A stretch of DNA of 40,969 bases, taken from the NCBI RefSeq assembly GCF_004010195.1, contig NC_057718.1:76291826-76332794 (forward strand), given 5' to 3'. This DNA is from Chiloscyllium plagiosum. Its lineage: Eukaryota. Shown piece after piece: positions 12,354 to 22,618 of the stretch; the first letter of the stretch is position 1; every line of letters begins with the position of its first letter. The notes under the pieces were generated by a model. It made no database searches, was not told the origin of the DNA, and saw nothing but the letters and a program-made list of their open reading frames with translations. The translations under genes and the position numbers were made by a program.

Positions 12354-12666
12354 TTTTGACAAGTTCCACCTTTGCCCTTTGCAGGATAATGTTGGAGAGA
12401 TTACCTGGGGAAAGGGGTAGAACTCTGTAGAACTCCCAGGAAAGTATGAGAGACCGCGTGAGATCAGTCATTTGGGCTCCCGTCAACGTCCAGGTCTGTT
12501 CTCGGCAGCATTTCAGTAAGCCGAGTTCACTTTTAATCATTGTGAACAAAAGACATGATCAGTGTTGGAAACACCTCTTTGGCGTAATGTTTCTATCGAG
12601 ATTGAGATCTTTTTCAGATAATCAGAAATTCATAACTGATATTCAGATAATCAAGGTTCCTCTGTA
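12250..12666. mobile_element. Tigger/pogo-like non-autonomous DNA transposon, one end only
   Basis: Ends ...CAGATAATCAAGGTTCCTCTG-TA (a CAGAGGAACCTYGATTATC-type TIR plus TA) with a repeated subterminal CAGATAATC; the opposite TIR was not found. Confidence 0.6.
12318..12352. repeat. (CA)n microsatellite
   Basis: Perfect CA run, preceded by alternating purine/pyrimidine sequence from ~12296. Confidence 0.97.
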
Positions 12667-12823
12667 ACCCCTTAAGAACCTACTGTTTGAAAGAAAACAG
12701 AGAACTCATGTCTTTGTGTACATGGGCAATCGCGCTCTCTCCAGGGCTCGGAATAAAGGTGAAGAAGGTCGAACCATACTGTGTTTGAGTGTTTGCTTCA
12801 ACTGATATGCAAATGGGATGACA
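12667..12823 (+). mobile_element. 3' part of an LTR, followed by a CR1 tail (12824-12980)
   Basis: AATAAA near 12752, a GT-rich downstream segment and a terminal TGACA, then an abrupt switch to CR1 sequence. Confidence 0.45.
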
Positions 12824-13542
12824 CGTTTAAGAGACTTTTAGATAAGCACATGAATATGCCAGGAATGGAGGGATTTGGACCAAAAGCAAGCATAAGGAAT
12901 TAGTTTAAGCTGGCATCATGTTTGGCACAACATTGTGGGCCAAAGGACCCATTCCCAAATTGTATAGTTGCATGTTCTTTGATCTTAGCAACTGGAGAGT
13001 ACACAAATAGAAACACCAACTGGACAGTTATTTTCTTTTTATTCAGTAGACATTCCTGAGTATCAAATGTATGAGTTCGGACTCATACATTTGATGTATG
13101 AGTCTGAAATTATTCTTGCTTTATATAATTAAATACCAATCTGACTATATTGAAAATCTGGAAAATACTGGCATCTAACAACACTTCCAACATTTGAAAC
13201 TATTCATGATTAAATGTTACTTCGAAAACAAACTGCTATCTTTTCAATTTCTGCCATTCTCCTACAGGTTAATTATTTCAAAGAATGCGTTTTCAGACTT
13301 GAAACTAATTTGACAATTACAGATGAGTAATGCATTTGCAATATTTTGTTTTCTGTTTGACATGAAAAGTTGCACTTCTTGAAATTTCAGGCAATGAGAA
13401 ATGTGACTATCAAATGAACTGGCTTATAACACAGGTTGCTGGTTAATTATTTGTGTGTGAAATAGAACTTGTCCCTCCCCATTCTTACCTCTTCTGTAAG
13501 AATGAGGCTACCAAGAAATAGACATAAAAGTGATCCTAAGTG

Positions 13543-13748
13543 AAGTACTGCTGTTCACTGAGATGTTCTTCACTGAGATGTTAAAGTGAGAATCTGACAG
13601 CACTCCAAGCTGAACGGAAGAAAACTTGGTATAATTTTGAAGAATAGCAAAGTGGGAACATTCACTCCTCTGTCCTGGACATTACTGTCACTTATCCAAT
13701 AAATTAGATTAGATATTCAGTAATCATATGGTTTGCTGGAGAGCTTTT
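13543..13748 (+). mobile_element. Ancient Deu-domain SINE remnant (SacSINE1/AmnSINE1-like)
   Basis: tgagatgttaaa...ttttgaagaatagca...tgtcctggac...gtttgctggagagc follows the Deu core consensus order as I recall it. Confidence 0.5.
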
Positions 13749-14694
13749 AATTGGAGATACATACTCCATACAAAATGGTCCTGTGAAAAGCGTCTTTCTT
13801 TTCTATTACTATATATCTAAAAGATTAAGAGCCCAAATCTTTCTCTATGCACAAATGAGCGCACATTCTCCTGACAAAGCAGCAACCTTATGCAAACCGT
13901 CAACAACAGTACTTCTTGAATCTATATATGAAGAAAACAATCAAAATATCTCAATGTTGATTTACAACATGTAATATAACTGTTACTTTTTTAAAAAGTG
14001 TACTTTAGAAACAATTTAAGCAACTAGACTAAGTAAACTTGGTTCAATCTAACCAATTGCATTCTGGTTCCATTGGATACCTTTAGATTTCAACCCTTCA
14101 GAAAGTAAAAGGAAAGCAAAAAAAGAGAAAATACAAAAAATATGGATGATTAAAAAAAAATCATATGTTTTCAAGGATTGCTCCTATAAACAATGCAATG
14201 ACTAAAAAAGGGTATAAAACCAATAGCAGCAGATGGGAAGCAGCTTGAAAGACCCCAGGAAAACGCAGAAAATAAAACCAAATGTATAGCCTGAAAACAG
14301 ACAGATTATGGTCAGATTTCAACTTCGAGTTCCTTGTAAATGTAATGTTTGTTACTTAATCACAATTTTTAAATGTGAACAAAATAGAAAAATGTAAATT
14401 TTTAAAATTGTACACATGGTAAATGTTTGGGAAAAAATGCTGCAGTAATTAATTCAACCCCCTTCAAAAATTAAACTGAAATTCATTTCCCAGTCATATG
14501 CAAGACTTTTACAAAATTATTTACTTGAGTCTATATAACATTTTCATGATTACTTTAAACTATGTAGGCAATAAAGTACATTTGATGTATTGCCCTTGTA
14601 ATGTTCTTGTTTTAATGTAGAAATTATAGGAGCCAATTTTCTCATTTATGGGAGCTTGCTATGCTCAATCTGATATTAACTAAATAACCTCCTT

Positions 14695-14815
14695 TGACAA
14701 TGTTGATTTGAGGACAAAGATTGGTCAGGACAAGAATAACCCTACTTGAAGTGAAGTGGAGTCTTTTATATCCACTTCGGCAGGCTGATTAAACTAAGGC
14801 TCAATGTCTCATCCA
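14695..14815 (-). mobile_element. Second Deu-domain SINE remnant, opposite orientation
   Basis: ttggtcaggaca...tcttttatatccac...aatgtctcatcc is the reverse complement of the same core. Confidence 0.45.
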
Positions 14816-15442
14816 TAAAAAAAATTATGCTTGAAGATTTCCTAATCAGGAGTTTTAGTGTTTCTTAAATCACAAGGATGGAATCACATTCCAAGATTCC
14901 CTCAAATGGTTAAAAATGCCCAGAATCATAAGCTTTATTTGGACGTGAATGCAGTAAAATCATGGTATGTGATGCTAAAACATTTAAACCAGAATACTAA
15001 GATCCAAAATAAAACCACAAAATACTGCAAAATTCAGTAGTTTAGCAGAATCTGTAATGGAAGTGCAAATGTTTCAGTTCAGAGTCCTTAAATCATATTT
15101 CCAGCATCTGTAGTACTTTGCTCTTACATTAAAATCAAGAATCTGATTACAGTCACCCATGAACCTATTGGTGATCTATAAACTTTAGCATACAGTTCCA
15201 ATGTGGTCAATTTTGTTGACTGTCAAACATAGCGCATAATATGCAGCTGTTCTGACCACCTGCTTTGTACTCCCATAGATGACAAATCTCACGTTACATA
15301 TTCTCCAGAACCATATTGTCCTGCAGAGCAAGTATGAACAAGAGGAAGCTTGTCAAGCCAACTTCTTACCAAACCACAAATATACCTCACCACCTGAGCC
15401 AATAGAAGGTAAGCTGTGAGAAACAAAACAGGGTGCCCTTTT

Positions 15443-15780
15443 GGGACATGGTGATAGTGTCTATATCCCTGGACCAGGAGGCCTGGGTTCAAGTCCCACC
15501 TGTTCCAGAGGTACGTCATGATATTTCTGAATAGGGTGATTGAAAATATAATTACAAAGAGCAGGGTTAACCCTCTGAGGTACAGTAATAGTTGCAAAAG
15601 TGTTAGGCCTGAAGGCCCGTGTTCAAGTCCCATCTATTTCAGAGCTGTCCTATAACATGTCTGAACAGTCTGGCATAAAACTAACTAGAAAGAGGGCAGA
15701 CCAGGACACCTAGCTTCAAGTCTTACCTGCTCCAGATGTGGGCGTAATGATATCTCTGAATAGATTGGTTAGAATATAAC
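15443..15780 (+). mobile_element. Three tandem short tRNA-derived SINE-like units (further copies ~19680-19790 minus and ~25955-26060 plus)
   Basis: Each unit has a B-box-like GTTCAAGTCC followed by CACCTGCTCCAGA...ATCTCTGAA..GG.TGATTAGAA. Confidence 0.7.
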
Positions 15781-15924
15781 TGATCAACATCTACCAATAA
15801 AACAGTTCCTGAGAACTAGTGAAAGGAATGGCAAGGAAAAGTAGTACATATTCCATAGATATTTAATGGGTTAATTGACCTTTAATGTGATGTTTTTTAA
15901 AAAAAAGCATGAGATTGTGAAACA

Positions 15925-16130
15925 CAGGTAGTTCTTCTAGAATGCAATGGTTGCATTCTTATGCATCCTTGCATTATAGAAAGATTGTGCTTAGAAACAG
16001 TGCTTAAAGTGTTGGTGATCTAATCACATTACAGCCAACACACGTTTTAAAAGTTTGCACTTTAGAAACAATGTCCCCAATTCATCAATTGCGTTACAGT
16101 GAACTCGTGTTAACAAATTGCATGTTATAG
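15925..16130. mobile_element. Tigger-like MITE remnant
   Basis: Starts CAGGTAGTTCTTCTAGAATGC with repeated (G)CRTTATAG/TTAGAAACA subterminal motifs; the right TIR is truncated. Confidence 0.5.
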
Positions 16131-16324
16131 TGTGCAATTAGTTTTACCTTAGTTTTCTTTCTCAGATATTATTTTGTTCTCCTTTGAAACAGTCCTCACC
16201 ATTCCTATCCTAAAAAACACCCTTTGTCCCCTGTAAGTTGATGTCCGGAGGCTCATGTAATTTAAGTCTTTTTTTGATAGACTATTCCAGAGGGCAAGTA
16301 AGAATCAACTAAATTATTATGGGT

Positions 16325-16572
16325 TTAGAGTCACAAGTCAGCTAGTCTAGGTAAAGATGGCAAACTTCCTTCCCTAAAAAGGCTTTTGTGAACCAGACGG
16401 TTTTTACCACTACTGACAATGATTTTATTGTAGTCAATAGATTTTTAATTCCAGATATTTAGTAAATTCAAATCAACATCTGCTTTGGTGGGATTCAGAC
16501 CAGAGTCTCTGCAGCATTTCTTGGGTCTCTGCATTACAAGCTCAGCAACAAACCACTGCATTTTTGCTGCCC
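16325..16572 (-). mobile_element. tRNA-derived SINE
   Basis: Reverse B box (gggattcagacc), then a body resembling a common shark SINE. Confidence 0.65.
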
Positions 16573-16654
16573 TTTCATACCAAAACAGAGTGAAAATATA
16601 ATTGATAGCACCTTAATCTGTCATTATCTTAAACTTTCATTCCCTTCACCAAAA

Positions 16655-16972
16655 TTTGAGAACAGCTTGTACCATATACAGATGCACTGCAGAAACTTGC
16701 CAAGTTTCTCTGACAGCATCTCATACTCATGACCTCCATCTGCTAGTAGGACAAAAAGCATCAGGTGTTGGCGTCCTCATATGCCTGTTAATTCCTCCCC
16801 AAATTCCATTCTGTCTTGGCAATATATCAATGATCATTCAACACTGGCCAAAATTCAGTAATTTTCTGACCAAGAGCTCTGTCAGAACATATACACCATA
16901 TGGGCCAATACAACAACTCATCATAAGATTCTCAAGGGCAGTTAGGGATGGACAATAAATAGTAGCCTTGCA
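16655..16972 (+). mobile_element. LINE (L2/CR1-group) 3' end; the same tail occurs at ~23305-23425
   Basis: ttctcaagggcagttagggatggacaataaat tail shared between the two copies. Confidence 0.6.
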
Positions 16973-18329
16973 AATACATTCTATGTCAGTCAAAAATAAA
17001 AATCATGTTGGAATGGTCATACAAAAACATGCTAAATAAATGAGCATTCATTAAAGTGCACTTTTTTAAAACATATAAGCAGATCAGCATTAATTGAAGC
17101 AACAGTCTACAACTGAATTAATAAATATCCACAACTGACATATGCAGCACAATTTTCTGACTTGTTAGATCAACTTCAGAATTAAAAACATCTGGAAGCA
17201 ATAAATGTGCACTGAGCAATAACAAATCAGTTAACCATAAAAATCATCTTGATGTCATGCTGCACCCAATGGCATAGCTCCAAAAATTAAGTATAGAAGA
17301 GTCTGGCTGCTTGATGGCATTGAACTTCAGTGTGCTCAAATGGTTTCCAAAGTAGAGATGCAGATTCATAACTGGCTTTGCCAACAGAGCAATACCAGCA
17401 GTGAATGAGAGCCAAGGAAGTGTCCGTAAAGAAAGTGAGATTTGGCCTTAAGCAGTCATGGCTGAATGGCGAGTAGCACCTTTTACAAGGTACTATTGAA
17501 GGCCTTCATATTCATCTTCATAGCAATGAAAGAAGAAAAGATGATGATAGAAAGGAAATAATTTATTTACAGAAGAGGGAAACTCTATGAAAACAGAAAT
17601 CTTAAAATGTGTAACATTCATAATACTCCAGAATGTGAGGAGGATTGCATCCTCTTCTCCCCCAAGAGGTCTAAAGGGAGTGAAACAAATGAAACCCAAA
17701 TGCATAGTACTTTGTTCGAGATGGGGACTGGGGACATTTAATGCTCCTTTAACAGGAATTAAAAGGGCGCTATGTAGTAATGTTAACCGAAATAGGTCAT
17801 AATCTAGCTTCAAATAAGTTGAACACATTTAGACCACAAGGTTGCTCCCACACTGTAACCAGGGCCACCTCAAATGGTTCTATCTTGTGTACTATGACAC
17901 ATGTAGTGTTTTTACGAGACTCTTATGTCTTTATAGATTGAAAGAAAATTGAAATGATCCAAAATTTTCTGTGGTTTTGTAGCAGTAGAATTGGAGTTTT
18001 AATCCTTTAAAAAGTCTGCCTGAACAAATCTACACACTAATCTTGAGCTGGGCACTGCAGGGGCTAGGCTCATTTTAAATACCTGACAGAATTAAGCAAA
18101 GAGTAAGCTGTGGTCTTATAGCCAGTTACAGCAGGAGGGAGAGCACTGAGCATAACATTCACTGAACTTAAACATGGAGGGATGATACCCCAAGTATTTT
18201 GCAGAAAACTGTCTGAAATTGATTGGATTTGAATTTGTATTGGCAGCTGAAGTTTTTGAAAACCTATAAGAATGTTACTCAGCAGGACAGACCACATGGA
18301 GTGTTGGAATTTTCAGAGGAATACCAGGG

Positions 18330-18950
18330 TTCAGGTAATTCAAAAGGATGCTGCAATTACCAGGCATGTATCTTTTCCAGGAGGGTCTAGAAACTATGGC
18401 TCACTTGGCCTGTTCTTGGAAAAGATTTGGTTATATTTCTTCTGTTTCTTGGTGTATGCAGCAAATACTTTTGCAATCTCATTAGCAACTGCTTTTCCTG
18501 CAGTAGCAGGAAACATCCTGCATGTTCAAATGCTCCAGGTTAAAATTGTGGTCCCTTTCTGCAAGATCTCTACATATCCCCACTGTGAAATCTTCACTAA
18601 GTAAGCATGCAGATTTCCCAACTATTAACTGAAGACAATGAAGTTGAAATCCTTCTTATTGATAAAAGTGAACAGTAACTAAATCCCATCAATAGTTCCC
18701 TGCATCCTGGAGAAACCAACAGTCAAGAAAAATATCTGATTAACTCTTGTCACTGGTGTGCAGCATTGGTCATAAACTTTGGACTCGTATGCCTCTAAGA
18801 TGGCATGTCAATTGTTGAACGTAGATCAGAGCTACTGGACAGATGTTAGTGTTCACTCATTCCTTGCCAGAAAAAGGACTACACTGTAGCCATGAAAGCC
18901 AGTATCACTTTCAAGAACACTGAATCGGCCATGTAGGTCATAGGTTGATG
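18330..18950 (-). mobile_element. PIF/Harbinger DDE transposase fossil
   Basis: Collinear decayed motifs on the minus strand: LKVILAFMAT..SF, VGFSRMQGTIDG (18720-18685), FINKKDFNFI/LQLIV and TKKQKKYNQIFSKNR. These correspond to Harbinger GFPxxxGAIDG, YxNRKGFxSIxLQ and T..QxxYN..LSxxR. Confidence 0.55.
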
Positions 18951-19079
18951 ATAGATCTTCATAGAACATGTCACAGACTAACAATTACTCTGCTGTTTAA
19001 GTATTGTCCACGCAAGTGCAGGTTTCCCAGTAAGTACCTGAAATAATATTCAGTCCCTCTTCTCTGACATGTAGTGGAT

Positions 19080-19460
19080 TGTCCAAACATAGGAAAGGCA
19101 ATAAAAACAAAAGCCTTACAAACATATAATAGACACACTCGGGTAGAATATGTGCACAAATTTTGAAGCAGGGTATGTTAATAAAATATATGGAAACATG
19201 GGCTTTATAAATTGAGACATGGATTAGCTTTACACGGGAAGTTGTTAGGATCAGGAATTCACTACCGGAGCACAGGGTAAATGCAGATACAATTAGGGCT
19301 TTCACAAGGGAATTGGTAAGCACCTTAAAAAATATTATTTACAGGTCCATGGGGAAAGGGTGGTGTAAAGGGCTTTGCAGAGTTGCTCTCTTACAGATCT
19401 ATCATGGACACAAAAGGCAAAATGGATTCTTCCTTAGCTGTAAGGATTCTATGATGCTAT
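19080..19460 (+). mobile_element. Old CR1 3' fragment
   Basis: REVVRIRNSLPE-like C-terminus and tail ...aggattctatgatgctat. Confidence 0.6.
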
Positions 19461-19891
19461 TCACTTATAGACATAGACCAATCTAATTATTGCATTTCCA
19501 CATAAAAGCTAAATGTTGCATTAAAACTCAATACTATTGCTGCATTCTTGTCTATTCTGCATGTACACAATTTATCACTTCACACTTAGACCCAAGACAA
19601 ACTTAAATCATTTTCTATGTCTTAAAACAACTGAGACTCCACAGCCTGTATCGTTTTCATTATAGATATTTGTAATCAACCCGTTCAGAAATGTTATTAG
19701 AAATCTCTGAAGCAGATGGTTCTTGAACTTGGTCCTCAAACCTGAGCCTTCTGGTTCAAAGATAGTTTCAATATTACTGCACCACAAAAGTCCCTCTGCC
19801 TTTCATTGTATTCTCTCTCTCATCACTGACAATTTTATCCCTAATTAGGAAGCCACATCTCTCCCATAATTTTTCCCCATACTTTTTTGCA

Positions 19892-20596
19892 GCGAGAAAA
19901 TTCTAAAGTCTGAAGTGCAAAGAAACTTGGGAGCTCTAGACTAGGATTCTCAAGGTAAACTTGTGGGTTGAATCAGTAGTTCGGAAGGCAAATGCAATAT
20001 TGACATTTATTTCAAGGGGACTAGAATCTAAAAGCAGGGATGTACTTCTGAGGCTCTATAAAACTCTACTCAGACCACATTTAGAGAATTTGCATAGTTT
20101 GGGCCCCACATCTCAGGAAGTATGTACTGGCCCTGGAGCAGGTTCACGTGAATGTAAAGCTTGACATATGAGGAATGTTTGCGGATTCTGGGTCTATACT
20201 CGATGGAGTTTATAAGTTGAGGGAGGAATCTAACTGAAACTTGCAGAATACTGAATGGCCTGGACAGAGTGGATGTTGGGAAGATGTTTCCATTGGTAGG
20301 AGAGACTAGGACCCTTGGAGTACGGATATTTTTAGAACAGAGATACAGAGAAACTTCTTCAGCCAGGAAGTGGTAGGTCTATGGAATTCACTGCTGAGGC
20401 TGAAGGCTGTGGAGGCCAGGTCATTGAGTATATTTAAGACTGAGATAGGTAGGTTCTTGATTGTCAAGGGGATCAAGGGTTACAGGGAGAAAGCAGGAGA
20501 ATGGGGTTGAGAAACTTATCAACCATAATTGAATGGCTGAGCAGACTCAAATGAGCTAAATGGCCTCATTTCTGCTCCTGTGTCTTATGGCCTTAC
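19892..20596 (+). mobile_element. CR1 3' fragment
   Basis: VVRKANAIL, LYKTLLRPHLE and tail cctgtgtcttatggcctta. Confidence 0.88.
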
Positions 20597-20704
20597 AACC
20601 TGATAAATTTGAGTTCCAACTTGATGCCATGTCTCAGTCATGGTGACCACATTATTCTTCCCAAATTAGAATTAGTTATTCTATGTGTTGGCATAAAGAA
20701 TGCT

Positions 20705-21890
20705 CAAGGTTTATGTAAAGATTTGTAGCTCAGGGACCAGTTGTTGTGTTGGTGGGTATGTTCTCCAAGCTGGGAAGTTGATTTGTAGACGTTTCGTCCC
20801 CTGTCTGGGTGACATTTTCAATGCTTTGAAGCACTGCTGTACTGTGTCTTCTGGAATTTCTGCTGCTTCCAATTGTTCATTGTAGTGGCTGGTACATTGA
20901 CCTAGACCCAATGTGCTTGTTGATTGAATCCGTGGCTGAGTGCCATGCTTCTAGGAATTCTCTGGCTGTCCTATGTTTAGCTTGTCCTATGGTCTTTGTG
21001 TTGTCCCAGTCGAATTTCTGGTCCTTGTCATCTGTATGTATGGCTACTAAGACAGCTGGTCGTGGCGTTTAGCGGCCAGTTGGTGTTCGTGGATACCTAG
21101 TGCTAGTTGTCTGCCTGCTTGCCCTGTAAAGTGTTTTGTGCAATCTTTGCATGGAGTCCTATAAATTACATTAGTCTTGCACATGATGAGTACAGGGTCT
21201 TTTGTCCTAGTGAGTTGTTGTCTGAGCATGGCTGTCATGAATCCAAATGGTCGAAGAAGTCTGGCTGTCAGTTCAGAGACCTTTTTTAAAGTAAGGTAAC
21301 GTGGCTAGCAAGTTAGGTCGCAGCATGTCCACATCACGTTGTTTGTCTGTTAGGCATCCGCTGTGAAGTTGCGGGGATTTCCGTTCTTGGCGAATACGCT
21401 GTCGAGGTGCTTTCCTTCTTCACTTCCGTGGTCTGGAGTGCTGCAGTAAATTGTAGCCCTTTTGAACAGGGTCCTAATGCAGCTTCTCTTGTGCGTGTTT
21501 GGGTGGTTGCTGTTGTAATTCAGGACTTGGTCGGTGTGTGTGGTTTGTCTGTACACTTTTGAGGTGCATTCTGTGTTGTTTGTACCATCTCATCCAGGAA
21601 TGGGAGTTGATTGTTGGTTTCCTCCTCTCTTCTAAACCTGAGCCCTGTGAGTATGATGTTTATAATCCGGTGTGTATTCTCGATTTCTGTTCTCTTAATG
21701 ATAACAGAAGTGTGGTTACATATCTGATCCAGAATTTGGGTTGGATTTGTGATTCGCATTCTCTAATTCATTTCACATTCAACAATCAAATATATGAACA
21801 GATCAATGGAACATCTATGGGTTCACCCATCTCTGGGCTCATAGCAGAAGCAGTGATGCAAAGATTGGAACAAACAGCCCGACCACAAAT
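20705..21890 (-). mobile_element. Penelope-like element (RT C-terminus + GIY-YIG + pLTR) with an inverted RT piece at ~21765-21890
   Basis: QLPFLD, YRQTTHTDQVLNYNSNHP and NVIYRTPCKDC on the minus strand; QINGTSMGSPISG on the plus strand; decayed hammerhead at 20785-20824. Confidence 0.92.
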
Positions 21891-22399
21891 TTCTGCTGGA
21901 CTCAATAATAGATTAATCAGAACAAAAGAGAAGTTTGTGTATCAGGAACATTTAGAGAATAACAATCTTAAAATAACACATTGAGGACAAAAGTAAGGCA
22001 GGAAGCCAAAGAAACAAACCAAAGAAGTTATGGGTAAAGTGGTCAACCCATGTGAAATGTGCTGCGCCGGTAAATAGCAGAACTGGGCTCTAGAAAGGAA
22101 TGCACTCGAACTGTGTAACCTGTAGCATGAGGAAACTGCAGAACAATAAAACAGGAATAATCTTGGAAACATCTGGTGGTGATGACAACAAAGATGCATG
22201 GGATATGTCAACTGAAGATGAGTGAACTCTGGGAATGAATCTTGGAAAAAGGATTTAATACCCAGACAACAGGTGATTGGCAGTGAGAACCTAGGACCAA
22301 CATCCAAGGAAGAAGCCTGGGTCAGGGACCCAGCAGCAGAAAGAAAAGGTACTTTACACATACAAATTACAACAGGGATGGAATACTCAGGGATGCAAA

Positions 22400-22618
22400 T
22401 GTTAAATTCAAGCAATGACAGTGAAACAGCAAACATCTTAAACAATTACTTTGTCTCCCCGAAGAGGCTGATACAATTGCAACATTTAAGAGGCATTTGG
22501 ATGGGTATATGAATAGGAAGGGTTTGGAGGCATATGGGCTGGGTGCTGGCGAGTGAGACTAGATTCAGTTGGGATATCTGGTTGGCATGGACGAGTTGGA
22601 CCGAAGGGTCTGTTTTTG
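22400..22618 (+). mobile_element. CR1 remnants including a 3' tail
   Basis: ETANILNNYF motif, then acatttaagaggcatttggatgggtatatgaatagg...gaccgaagggtctgttt. Confidence 0.75.

Noticed and set aside
13845..13921. Possible alternative terminal exon (DSRSTVVDGLHKVAALSGECALICA*)
   Set aside because: Only a modest acceptor, no homology and no clear poly(A) signal; expected by chance in a 27 kb intron.
15443..15780. tRNA genes or a CRISPR-like repeat array
   Set aside because: The B-box units do not fold as cloverleaves and are diverged SINE copies; there is no identical repeat-spacer pattern, and the DNA is vertebrate.
21942..22445. 167-aa minus-strand ORF
   Set aside because: No recognisable domain; it overlaps decayed CR1 sequence on the opposite strand.
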